Shown one piece after another: positions 1 through 13,248 of a stretch of DNA of 64,000 nt (positions within the stretch are counted from its first letter, which is position 1; every line of letters starts with the position of its first letter). The stretch is taken from positions 4,712,001-4,776,000 of the forward strand of contig OZ176053.1 of NCBI GenBank assembly GCA_964247055.1, read 5' to 3'. Origin of the DNA: Paragordius varius. Taxonomy: Eukaryota > Animalia > Nematomorpha. The position numbers and the translations under genes were made by a program. The notes beneath the pieces are model-generated. The model ran no database searches. It saw only the letters and a list, made by a program, of their open reading frames with translations, and was not told the origin of the DNA.

Positions 1-1200
1 GGTCCGTTCCAACCCGCTTATCGATAAAGAAACGGACTCAATGGTTATGGAATCTTTGAATAATGCATTCGAAGATAAAATGTTTGATGACGATATTTCA
101 CCCGATGTTTATGTTGATATAGAAAAGTCATACAAGCGCGCCAAAAGATCCCTAATGAAACTCTCTACGGCTCAACAAAAAGGTTAATATTTTAATTGAC
201 ATAAATATCAATTTATGATTCGAAATTAATATATAATTATGTTAAAGATATTTAATAAGGTTTTCGACTGATGTTGTTATAGGAATGCATTTTCAATTCT
301 ATAAATATTATGTTTTTAAGGTGTTTCAATGACACCACCCTCGTTAAAAGTTAATGTTCCTCCAAAAGCAATGCTCAATACAAAACCTGTATTTGTTAAA
401 ACGCAACCGTTTACGATTAAAAATAGTGGAAAAACAACAAATACTGCTGTCACCAAGAGTCGTGACACCAAGAAAAAACTTACAGCTCCAGAGTATAGAG
501 AGCTAATGCGTAGACAGGCAATTGATAGACATGTGAAAGCGCTGCAGAAATATAAACCTGGTTGCCCTAGACAACTAGTTCACGCTGAATTTCTACGAAA
601 AATGGCACAAGAAAAGGTTTGATTATAAAGTCTTGATTAATATTTTTGTTTCGGAATTGTAGGATTTTAATAAAAAATTATTTTACCGACACGCAAGTTT
701 AGATTACTTCCGATCGATTGCCGATAAAAAAATGTTTAAGTTTTTTTATACTATGGTGTTGTTAAAATTACAGACATTTACACTAGGACCCACTAATGAC
801 GCCATCATAAAAGCTTTTTCAATTAAGCATTTCAACTATTAAATTAATGATTAACACTTTTTAATATTCGTCGTTTTTGAATGCAACGGTGAAAGATATC
901 TTGTAGCATTGTGATGGGAAAAGGAGCTCGATGTCCAATAATTTAACAAATACATTCAAAAAATATTTAATTTTTCAGGTATTGGAACTTAAACGATCGA
1001 TGAAAAAGTTAGAGGATAAAATGGTACAAATAGTTCAGGTCCATAACCGAAAAGATAAAATAATGAGCGATCAATTAAAACAAGCCAAAGCAAGTCAAAA
1101 GAAAGGCTGCGCGAATAAAAGTCTCAAGAAAGATATTAGAGTTGGTGCTTCATCTCCATCTAAATCACCAAAGATTACAACTAACAAAAAATCTAGATAG
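1..1200 (+). CDS. 3' part of a multi-exon gene of unknown function (basic, low-complexity, C-terminal coiled-coil tendency); 5' end lies outside the window
   Basis: Three exons splice in frame: <2-182 (VRSNPLIDKETDSMVMESLNNAFEDKMFDDDISPDVYVDIEKSYKRAKRSLMKLSTAQQK, donor AG|GTTAAT, phase 1), 321-616 (acceptor ttttaag, GVSMTPPSLKV...RKMAQEK, donor |GTTTGA, phase 0), 979-1200 (acceptor tttttcag, VLELKRSMKKLEDK...NKKSR, stop). No family recognised. Confidence 0.7.
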
Positions 1201-2926
1201 ATAGTTTTTGTTCTTTACAATATTTTTGAAACCTTATTTTTACATATTTTATTATACTATACTGAACTTAGCGCTGCATACTAATGTCACACCACTTTAT
1301 TTATTATAAGCCGTTTTGGGAATTAGTTACAATAGATATTTTATTTTCATTACATAAAACTTTAATGGTAAAATAAATTATATATGGTAATCTGTATCAA
1401 ATTATAATTAGCATAATGTGACCCAGCGAAACTTTTCCAAAGATTAATAATTTTAGAAAATTATATATCTTATTTATTGTTACAACGGTTATATATTTTT
1501 TCGGATATATCTGATAAAATAATTTATTTGCCATTAAAATCGGTACAGTTTAAATAAATCAAATTTTATCGCGTTGTCAATATAAGAAAATCTTAAATCT
1601 AATTGATGGATCATGGCACGTATAGTGAGCCCTCCTATAAGGACCACCCCTCAAAATAGTTTCAAATAAACAGCGCCTGTTAACTGATTAGTTCATACTA
1701 ATATTATGAACTCCTTCGATTTTTAAATAAGGCCCAAATTATTAAGTCATTATCATTCAAAATTAAAAACTTCTTCTCACTAACATACAAGTTTTTAGGG
1801 ATGATACCCTCCTAATGAGCAGAAAATAATAAAAAATTATTAATTATATATGATATTTTCAATAATTTGTAGAATTCATTTAATAAATTTAATAAAATTT
1901 GAATAAATAATTTTATTTTTCTTTATTTTTTAATAAAGAACCATATACGTATATAATTACTATTTACAGAATAAATGGTATATGGCAATATTTTTATTTG
2001 TAATTTAATAAATAAAATTTAAAGCAAAATTTAGCTAAATCGATTTTCAAGTTTTTTTTTTGAACTTTTACCATAGTAAAAGTTATATATATGGATATAA
2101 AGCCTGTCTTTTATATGAGCAAGTCTTGTATACATTGTAGTAGTTTTATTGTAGACTTGTTTACAAAATTATGCGTATATTAGTTTGAATGTCATAATCA
2201 TATAACAAAAATGATAATAAACAGTAGAAAAGCTAGAATTTGGCGTCAAATTAAAATGAAAAGCTTGTGATTATGCGGTAAATATAATTTTTATTTTAAC
2301 CATTATCTGATATCGCGTTCAAAAAATGATTTAAGATGTATTAATTTTTTTTAGATAATTTACATCTAAACAGAAGAAGCTGATAATTTTAACAAAACCC
2401 TAAATAGTATAAATATTTTTTCACATTCGATCCAAGCAACACTACTTCTTTTGAAATCCGTTTTGCGGGGTTCCAAAACCAAAATGGCGCCAAAAATATT
2501 TAATCATGGTTTTTGGGGTCAAATGTGGGGAATTTAGTTTTTTATATATAATTTTTTAAATTTAAAAATCAGTTATCCATTTTGTTTTTACAAATATATT
2601 TTTTTATTTGATATTTTATCCCCATTGCAGTAATTTTAAAGAGTAAAACCTATTTCTACCAATAAACAATTTTTAGGGTCATATAACACAAATATAATAT
2701 ATATACATATATATATATATTAAACTATTTAATAATAATAATTTTTAGTTAAATATTTTTTGTGACTTTCACTTAAAGGTATTATCGTTATTTTATAGCC
2801 AAATCATTGCAAAATTACTTTTATTAGATTTTTGAAAATAATTTTCCATTTATATTGATTTCATCACATGTTTTTGTATTAATTTTGAGTAAATATATAT
2901 TGAATATTTATTCAATGTCATTGTTT

Positions 2927-5900
2927 TTAACCATATTTTGATGCGTCGTGTGCTAAATTACTGTAACGTCTATTTTTCTTAGCATGTAAAATATATTCTA
3001 CAATAAGGTATCCAATTATTCCAAGGCTTAAAACGGCAATATTGAAAATAAGTTTGTGTTTCAAACACATCAGGTTATGGATAACAAAACTAATCATGAA
3101 TCCTATAGCTTCCCACAATCGACAATTGGCAAAAGCTGCTGTTTGACGGCGTTTTGGAAATATGGACCCATACAAGCCTATAATGTAATATTGTATTTAG
3201 TGGGTAATCTAAGCTAATAAAGATTTTTATACATGTATTATATTTTACAGTAAGTAACGTTTATTCAGTACTTAGCTATTTTATAAATTGTAGATGGAGT
3301 GTATACATTTTGACAGGAAATATAAGTATTATCATGATGCTTTTTGCCCTTAGGGGTTATTCAAAAAAGTTATTTACACCATATCAGAAGATAGTAAAAT
3401 TTGCGCACATTTTTTTAAATATTTTTTTTTGATGAAAAGTTCTTGATTCCAAAAAATATCATTAAAATATATAATAAACTACATGTAAAAAGCAAAACAA
3501 TATTTTTAAACATTTTAATCTTTAAATGTAGGCTCAAGTCCCAAATTTTTCCTACTTAAATGGGCTGGTTCTCCCACGAGAAGGCAATAATGCCGAGATT
3601 GCGCGATAAAAAGTTAAAATGTATAATTTTAATATCATAAAAATTTTAATAAAATGCATATTTTTTTCCAAAATTTGATATTTAAGCTTACTAAATACTA
3701 TTTTGAGGCATGATGGAAGCGGTATAAAAAACCTTTTAAGATGTTGTAATTATATACATATTTTGATATAGCATCACTTCAGTATTTTGATTAAATATTC
3801 GTTCGCCTTTATATTTATGTTCAATATAAATTTTAATTTAATAAAAAAATTCACCAAAATTTTAAGCAAACGAACTCTTAAATTAAAATTCTGAAGCGGA
3901 AGAAATCATATTCACAGAATCAAATAGAATGGGCATTTTTATAATATCTTAAAGCTTTTTATACCGTTTCCATAATGCCTTAAAATAGTATGAAGTATCC
4001 AATAAAATTTTGCAAATTAAATTTTTGAAAATATTTGATATCAAAATTTAATTTTAAGAGAACCAGCCTATTTTAGAAGGCGAAAAAATTTGAGGCTTTC
4101 GGAGGCCACATCTAAAAATTAAAATTTTTCAAAATATTGTTTGCTTTTTATATGTAGATGATATTAATAATATTTTTTGTAAAAAAGTTAGGGTTTGACC
4201 ATCTCGGATACCGAAAAGGTTAATCATATGTTTTAAAACAAAAAATTAAAGGGCCATAAAAATTAAGCTTTTTTTAAAAACTGATGCTTTAATCAGCATA
4301 AACCAATTTGTAATTTGGTATACATTTATTTTAAACTTAATGGCATCATTGACGCTTTTTAAATTGATGCTTATTAAAACACATGGATAAAAATTTATAT
4401 ACTATTCCGCAATCGATTGATTTAGTATTATCCACTTTGATTAAATTAATTACAATGGTTCTAAAAATGACTGCTTTAAATATTTTTTACTAGTTAATTT
4501 TCTTTATGTGCAACGTGAGCTACGATTTTCGGCGCTAGAAAAGTGGTCATACATATTAAAATTGAGTTTAGTCAGTTGTTTTCGATAGCGAAGTTAAAAA
4601 TTTGCACAATTTTTATACTAAAGAAAGCATACGATGTTAATCTTAAAAGGAGGAACTGCGGTAGGCTAGTCGATGCAGCTACCCTTTTGGTCCGCCCCGG
4701 TTCAATTGGGAATCAGTTTATATGATATACTGTTGCATATAAAAGTAAAAACTAATTTTAAAACTTAGTCGTAATATAACTAAATAATATGTGGACTTAC
4801 CGTTTAGTTGAGGTTGAAGAAAACCATCGCCAACACCCCATAATGCAGCTTTTAATAGAACGAAACTAAAATTAACGCTTCGAGGAGAGACCAAATAAAG
4901 GGGTAAACTTGACAAAAACACAAGGTATAAGAATCCAAAGATTAAATATCTTGGTATTATAGCGTTACAACTCCCACCAAGCACGGCACACATTGCATTT
5001 ATCAGACCGAAAAATGACATAGCTAGCCCGATATATTTGTATCCAAAGTAACATGATACAAAGGCCTAAATTTAAATAGTGATTTCAGTATAATTTACAT
5101 ATCTCCAAAGTATTAAAATAAATGAATTTATAATTGAAATACAGATAATTTGTCCATAAATGGTGTAATTATATTTTTTTGAGAATATTTAATTGTTTTT
5201 TATTATTTTTTACTCGTTTACCACATCTATAAACTTTCCGATAAAAACAATATATTTTAATATAAAAAATTCAATCTTATATATACGCTTGTAAAATCAG
5301 CAGCCATAAATCCTTGTTCCAATCCCATAAATATCGTTAATGGTATCAGCAAGTATTGAATTTTGTTTCGCATTTGACGAAAGGTAGTTCCAATTTCATA
5401 AGTGTATGATGATTTAAATCGGGTTACATTTCGCTTAATGGAATCAATGAAATGTGAGCTATTATTCAAGATGTTTGGATCATACTCATCTTCATAATCA
5501 TAAAGGTCTGCACCCGAAATCGATAAGCCTGATTGACCTGCAGCATTTGGTGTCAACGGCATTATTGTACTTAATATGGTTTGTGATTTACGGGGGTTGT
5601 AGGAAGTAACTGATACTTTTACTTGTCTTTTATTCTGTGATTTCATAGCATTTTTAGGAGAATTTGTGACCATGGTATTGTATGGATTCGACATATTTTG
5701 AATCGGCTCCTGAACATCTTCAATCAAAGATTTGGAGGTGGTAGGGAGCGATATTGGGTCTAAAAAAAGAGCCACAATTAAGGCAGCCATCATGCTCATC
5801 ATAGCATAAATGTAACAAAGCATATTGATTTTTGAGATCACCTATATACATATCATGGTATATCATAATTGGTTTGTGCCTTTTAACACTTGGATACAAC

Positions 5901-8900
5901 ACATTCATTTTAGTCCTTCGATTCAAATTGGGGTAGTTAAATACCCCAGGCCTGTTTAAAATTAAATTCTTTAAAAAATATGGAAGGAATCGAAACCTTG
6001 GCAATATCTTGCACTTATATAACATTAATAAACTGAAATAAATAAAAAAATTAATTCAAAATACTTGATATTACTTATTTTAAGCTAAAACTGAAAGGTA
6101 ATAATTTAGTCAACGTGACTAGTGTGAAATGGTGAAATTAAAAAATACAATATAAACCGCTTTTTCGATTTCTAACAATGTTAGATGTAATAAAAATAAA
6201 AATAAAGCTTTAATTTTACACTTAAAATTAAATGAAGACGATGTTTTGCAAAAATTTTGCAAAATAAAAATGGCGTTGAAGCAGTTTGACATGGAACTTT
6301 TTTTTCAAAATAAAATTTTATTTAGATATTTTGGCATATTTATATAATTATTATTAGGATAGAAGCATAAATTTAAATTGGGACCGTTTCCTTCAGTAGT
6401 TTTTAGAAAATCTTAACTCAAATTTTGTCTGGGGTATTTAGATACCCCAATTTGAATCGAAGTGTTAAAGGAGTAAATATTTCAGGAAACTATTTTTTTT
6501 ACGAGAAAAAAGGTAATCATATAATAGAAAAAATGCAAAAAATGCACAAACAACTGATTCTACAAACTATTATTTTTTCTAAAATTATGAAATTTGCGAG
6601 GAGAAGATCACTTATATTTAAAATTTTCAGTTTAAGCTTCAAATAACTAATAGTTAGCTGTTTTAACAATATTTTTTGTGATAATTTTTTTTTATTTTAT
6701 AATTATAATGTATGATGGAATTCTATATTTCAAGTAAGGGAACCCATTTTTTATATCTGTAAGATCGGGACAACCAAAAAATGCAAATTGGCTTAAAACT
6801 AGCCCATACTCAAGCGTTTTGCACCAAATTGCTTCCCTCAATCATGGTAAAAATCTTTTCAATTTTTTAGATAAATGACAAAATTAAAATATCCGAAAAA
6901 TTCGAAGACACATTGTAATTATTTTAAGGCTGAATGATTGGAAACAATATTTCCACAATAAGTACTAATCATAATGTATGGAATCAAAAAATATATGTAT
7001 TCAGTCTAATTGAGTAGAGCCTCCGAATTTGAGTAATTAAACTTGTGTTTTTGAGATTACCGGATATAGCCACTTTTGTGTAATTAAAAATAGCTGCTTA
7101 ATATTAAAATATAAACATCGAAAAGACAGGTCAATTACATTTAAGTTATTTTTAAAAGCAAAACATAAGTATATTATTTTTGAATTGTATATTTTTAACT
7201 TTTTCGGTATAAAGGCACTATATAAAATGTAGCTATAAATATATTTTAGTCATAGACTAGTATATATATATATAAACTTTTATGAGGAGAGCAATTACTC
7301 TATCAATATGATGATGTATGTTTTAGTTTAGTAGTAGTATAAAATCATGTGCCCTGAGGGGTAAACGATTCGGTTATCATTTTTCGAGAGCAGTGATAAA
7401 AGTTTGCGTAAATACCACAAAACATAAATGTTTTGGCATTAAAGCAAAAATAAAGTTCAATTTTTACCAAAAAAATATATACCTACTTTTTGTTTTTTCC
7501 CATACTTTTTAGATTTTGGGTCGGTCATAATTTGATATATATTTGTAGCTTTTCCATAAGGTCGAACGGTGATGTTTAGGTGTTTGGCAATTAAGGGCAA
7601 TCGCTTTATATCAACATGAGGGCAAAATCTACCGCCACACACTGATATAAAATATTTTTCACTTGATGTCCTATAATTATCATAAACTGAATTAAAATTT
7701 AGTTCACCAAAGTTGCGTTTGAACGCTTCCTTATCTTCCCATATCGGTTCTGGAGATTTAAAAAGATGAGCAGGGCTCGTTTGAAGTGTTACGGACGAAA
7801 TAAGATTGCCAAATATTTGACCAGCTTGAAACAAGCAAAAAAAGATGCCCATTAAATGTGGAATCGTTTTTTGTTTTAGTTCTTTGAATTCCCTGGTTTC
7901 GGGTATGGAATATCGCTTACCATTGTGGTTATTATATCCCTGATAAATATTTTTGCCTTTTGTGGGATGATCCACGGTTTCATCATTTAATAATTTTGTA
8001 TAAGTAGGCAAAGTGCTTTTATTATAATCATAGCCATCTGTAGTAGATTCTAGACCGGATTCACCAAAACTCAAAATACGCTCACGATCTATTTTATCAT
8101 TTCTCATATCATTTAAATGTAGAGGTTGTGATTTACTATTTTCTGCCAATGGTTCATGTAAATTGCTTGGTGAAGTTATAGCGGACAAAGGCAACAATCC
8201 GATTTCGTCAAGCGGTGCGTCATTATCTCCACTTTCATTTAAATGAGCTGATAATTTTCTTTTATTTAGCAAGATTTTAGCTAAATTATGTCCCATTTGA
8301 GTTGTATAGGTACTTTCAGCTGTCCAAAGCGGAGCTGCTGCAAGTCCCAATAATATGGCAGATGGAATCATTGTCCACCATGTTGGGTTGAGATTGGCAA
8401 AAATGTACCCTGAATTTAAATTGATAATATATAATCCTCTTTTTACCCTTTTTAAAATGAATCTAGCTTAATTGATTGATAAAATTATTTGTAAGTTCAG
8501 TGATAATTAAAGCTTGGCCCTGAAAAGGCTATTTAATTGCTCTGAATTATTCATTTATCATACTTAAGTAGAGTATAAATATATCCATATGTGTCTTACA
8601 GCTATACAAAATTTCTCGATATTATATGGTGAGCGGCCTTTAAGACAAAAAATATTTAATTCGGCCCCTTTGGTGAGTACCACTGACTTATTTAGGCATT
8701 TTGCCAATGACGATTTATTAAATTAATATAATAAAGTAAATGCAAAAAATACCTGTATACAATGACATGCAAAGGACTATAGTCCATTTGATTGTTAAAC
8801 GATCGGCCAATATTTGAGGCAAAAGTATTGATGAACACACTAAAGCTGCATACATAGCCACCATAGAATAGCTCCCAATCGCATTGCTTTTCCCCTCAAC

Positions 8901-9107
8901 CATTAGTTCCAAATTACTGTGTGATTGAGTTTCATGGCTCGAATCTCTAGTGTTGGCTTCAGTTCGAAAGTCGGCATTATGAATACTAGTTTGAAGATTT
9001 ATTAAGCCCTGAAATGCTGAAAACAACAGAAAAAATGAAAAACTTAGGACGAAAACATTTTTATAGACATCAAGATGTGGGGGGATTCGAAATTTTGAGT
9101 TATTCAT
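2927..9107 (-). CDS. UNC93A: UNC-93-like MFS-fold membrane protein (UNC93A family), 5 coding exons, about 782 aa
   Basis: Exons 9107-8753, 8409-7487, 5841-5287, 5065-4801 and 3177-2927 all join in frame with GT-AG sites. UNC-93 family motifs: KNVFVLSFSFFLLFSAFQGLINLQTSI, IPSAILLGLAAAPLWTAESTY, FFCLFQAGQIFGNLISS, LLIPLTIFMGLEQGFMAADFT, LWGVGDGFLQPQLN, AAFANCRLWEAIGF. The start codon is the first in-frame ATG; a possible 5'-UTR exon ends near 9503. Confidence 0.92.
3380..4222. mobile_element. Foldback/palindromic non-autonomous element with long imperfect inverted arms, in the last UNC93 intron
   Basis: Left arm about 3451-3750 matches the reverse complement of about 3940-4182. Examples: catgtaaaaagcaaaacaatatttttaaa vs catataaaaagcaaacaatattttgaaa; tactattttgaggcatgatggaagcggtataaaaaacc vs tactattttaaggcattatggaaacggtataaaaaagc. 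Outer boundaries are approximate. Confidence 0.7.
5887..6464 (+). mobile_element. piggyBac-type MITE (TTAA target duplication), copy 1, in a UNC93 intron
   Basis: TTAA flanks at 5883-5886 and 6465-6468. Termini are CACTT...CGATTCAAATTGGGGTA and TACCCCAATTTGAATCGAAGTG. A near-collinear second copy lies at 51135-51699. Confidence 0.85.
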
Positions 9108-9724
9108 TGCGCGATGTATTGGTATTAAAACTATCCTTGGAATAAAATCAATCACATTTTAGGAATGTGTAGTGAATGTGTCAAAATATAGATATAATGA
9201 AGAATGATAAAAATATAATATTATATAAACTATTTTGGTATCATTCATATATATTTAACAATTGACGAAGTTGCAACACATGTATGTTAATTATCTTTTT
9301 AGTATTTATTTATATATACATTTTGATACAATATAAATTGCCTCGAGTAATCACATTCATGAGAGTGCGTTCATATAAAAATTGTTTACCCAAATACATT
9401 AACATTATAATTAGATAAATATATATTATAATATTTTATTATCGTGGCATCCAAATAATATACATATAGATAATAAACTTTGAACAAGTATTAAAATAAT
9501 TACCTTTAGAGGATACCCAACACAGATAGCTTCATGGGTCGCATTTTCAACATAAAAATTAAGACGGAATCAAAAGCTTTTCCATTTAAATTTAACAATT
9601 ATCCGATCAAACTCCACATTTTTCCAAAATTATTATTAATTATTTTTAAACTTAATCAATTTTTAAATTAATTTTTTTGGCCCCTAATACCATCAGCTTT
9701 TAAAGTAAAAATTATCATTATGAG

Positions 9725-10436
9725 TAGGGTTGTGCTGACCAAGTTATGACTCGGTCATTGACTATTTATTTTTTGACCACGGTCATTAAAAAAACAGCTG
9801 TTTTTTGAATATCTAGTTTCTTTTTTAAAAGAGATAGTAGGATTTTATTGTTATATATTTTTTAAAAATTTAAAATAAATACTTAGATGTATAATATAGT
9901 CGATATTTAAATATGGTCTATTAAAAATATATTAAAAATTGTCAAACATGCATCCTTATAATATTAGCATTAAGCATGATCCAGCGTGCGTAATTGCGAA
10001 AAACAATATAAAACAAACTAGATAAATTTTATTTAATATTATCCAGAATTAAAAGCTATTTTAAAGATTCAAAAAGCCTTAAAGTGGCAAAATTCATTTA
10101 TAATTATATTACATATGCATTAATTTTATTGAAAACAAAATTCTTCTTTAAATTAGATTGAATATATTTGTTAATAATAATAAATGTTTAAATATTTAAA
10201 TTTAATAAGAAAATTCATGAAATTTTAGTAAAACTCACGTGTCATTAGAGCATTATATTCATAATCTCCAATATCGGATGTTATATATTTATGTATGATA
10301 TTTTTTTATTTTAATATTTTAGTTTAAAAATAATTAATAACAAATTTATAAAAATTAGCCATGACTTTGGTCATGGCCATGGTCTGACTGGGTCTGACCG
10401 GACCTTTTTGAAAACGCAGTCAAATGCACAACCCTA
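9725..10436. mobile_element. hAT-superfamily MITE, 712 bp
   Basis: 11-bp TIR TAGGGTTGTGC / GCACAACCCTA and an identical 8-bp TSD ATTATGAG at 9717-9724 and 10437-10444. Subterminal GGTCA/TGACC motifs recur. No coding capacity. Confidence 0.9.
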
Positions 10437-10569
10437 ATTATGAGGCATAAATTCATCCCAAATTTATTAAACTTAAACTGTAAAGATTCCTATATTCATC
10501 AAATATGTTTACAATTGTTAATTGTAAAATATTGTAGGATAATCATTTAGAAAAGTCAGTATGTGAAGA

Positions 10570-10760
10570 AAACCGCTTCCGGAACCGTTAAAATTTAATT
10601 AAGCCAATCCGGTCGGGATCCACCACGGTTTTATCTCCGAAAATTAGGAACGAACCCGGTTCCATTTTTTAATTGTTAGAAACTGGCAGGTTGCCGTTTC
10701 AACCGTCCAAGAGCCACCTCGGTTCCGGTTCCACCATTTTTGACCCAGTTCCAAGCCTTA
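10570..10760. mobile_element. Probable DNA-transposon terminal fragment (GGAACCG/CGGTTCC-rich)
   Basis: GC-enriched patch with repeated ggaaccg/cggttcc motifs, ending gttccaagcctta. No partner TIR or TSD found. Confidence 0.35.
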
Positions 10761-13248
10761 TTTAATAAATAATTCCTTCAAAATTAGGTGTTTTTTTATC
10801 AAATAACCGCGGTGAAGATATATGACCACGCCTGATATTGTATTAAAAACTAAAAATTATACAATGTTATCCATAAGATGCGAATTGCCTAAAAGTTTTG
10901 GATTTTTTTAATTTTTTTGTAATTAAATAGTTACCACAAAACAATACGCTAGAAAAAAGTATTAAAATATATATTGTTTTGGTTTCAAGCTTATAAGTCA
11001 TTTTAAAAAGACTACCATGTAAATGGTAATTTCTGCATATTGGAGAGTCACAAAGTTAACGCATTACTGTATCCACTTTATTGAGTACTAATTTAACCAA
11101 TTCGTAATACAATAGCGGATATGGTATAAAAAAATTTGTCCATAATAAAACATCAATTAATGTTGTAAGATAAAAAAAATGTTTAATTTCAACCATTTGT
11201 TTTTTTACCCAACGCTGATGTATTGCCAATCGGCCATCTTTAAAGTGAGAACTGATCTATTTTTTTTGGCTAAAGCAAAAGGCTCAAAATATTTTATTAA
11301 TGCAGATTATGAAGTAATTTAAAAAGCGAAATTATATTTAATATAATTAATTTTTAGAAGTGGCTTCCGAATCTCTCCAATTTTTTGACCCTTCTGAGCT
11401 AGTTTTGCCAAAATAACAAAAGTACCGAGATATAATTTTCAGAATTTTGAAATTTCCATCTTTGCTAATAATTTAAATTTTAGCAAAATTTATTAGGTAT
11501 ATTCCATGGTATTCCCAAGCATAACGTGGAAACGACATGAAAACACTTTAAGATAAAAATTACTTTTTTATATAATTTGCTGCTAAAGATTTTCTTATCC
11601 AGAATCTCAAAAGCGATTCGTATTCAAATTTGAGCAAAATATAAATTTTTCTTTTTGAAAAATACACTTTATTTTACGTAAAGCATGCATTTTTTTTAAA
11701 ATGACTTATTTGGACGTCATAATCAAGCATAAATCGGGCATTGTCGGCACTTTTGCGATGATTTTATGAAAACTAGCCGCGAGAGATCTAAAAATGATAG
11801 TCTTATGGAGCCCATATCTGAAAATTAAACTTTAATAAAAATACTGCTTTGCCTTTTAATTATATTTGATAATATATAATGACAAAATATTTTGATTTGA
11901 AGTCTTTAACTAAATTTATTCGATATAATATGTCCTTATAATGCGACTTAGATATATACTAACCACTAAAATGGGAAGAATTTCCTTAAATGATCTATAA
12001 GCCCAAACCACCACGAGTATAATATATTTTTGTATCATAACATATATTTTTAACGTTTATGAACCACCTAATTTGTGCAATGTAATTATAAAAAACATTT
12101 TACCGCATAATCGCATTTTTGGGTTTGATCGACAGATTTAAATTAAATTATGCTAGGTATTCTATGCTTAGGACCCATATAATGCATAAAAATAAGAAAC
12201 TTTCTCTTACTTGTTCTTATTAACGCTTAATAAACGAATAAAATACGATTTTTTAATTTTAACTAATAGCAGAAAAACCTAAGAATTTAGCCGTATTTAA
12301 TATTCGTGATGAAGCTAGCTATTTAATGAATATAATACATGGTTTTATTATTTCCCACTTAATATGACTCAGCGAAATTATCTTTCAGCAGCGCCTTTTG
12401 CCTTTTAAATAACCAAATACAACTAGCTCAAACTGTTAATGTATTAATATAGATGATTGTTATCCGAGAAAATTATGAAATGGTTATTCACATTACATTA
12501 TAATTTTTTTTGTCCACAGCTCTAACTTTATAAATATTATTATATTTATTTCGCTAAAATATGATATTTTTTAGTTTGCTAGCTTTTCCAAACTAAAATT
12601 CAGAAGGCCTAATTCAATCGAAACAAACAGCTGATTTTAAAATCAATAAATATTTAAATATGATGTCAAAATGATAATTTTCAAGTCAATTAATTTTATT
12701 TTTCCACCATATTATAACTTATTTGCAAGTTTTTTGATATAAAGCATATTTGGCACCTTACAAGTTTAAGATGAATTTTTTAAATCATATAATATAAAAA
12801 TATATTTGTTTAGGGCGCCTTAAAGGCTAAAGAAAATATATTTTTCAATTTGGCTCGATATCATAGATATTTTTTAATATAATTAGATTTAAGCTTTGGG
12901 TTCTACCCCTAAAGGTAATAAAGTTTTAATGGAGAAAGGACCAGATGACCCTGATTGTGATCAAATAATTTGGATTTTTGAAAGTTTTTTACCTTGTTTT
13001 TTTTCTAATTATTTAATTTCATCATAATATTTATATTATTTTTTGATTTAAGAATTTTATAAATTCCAAGTACTGACAATATAAGGCCAAACTATTTATT
13101 TTAGGCTCAGTGTCATTATATACATTATATATATACAATTTCATTTATTTACATTATGTACAATCAAACATTGCATTTTGGGTTTGTGAAATGATTATTC
13201 TTAATTTTGACTGAGATAACATACATTTTTATAATAATATTAAACTAA

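Noticed and set aside
5720-6646. Similar short ORFs at 5720-6025, 6425-6646 and 51046-51273
   Set aside because: The similarity comes from the shared MITE termini, and the frames are not conserved beyond them.
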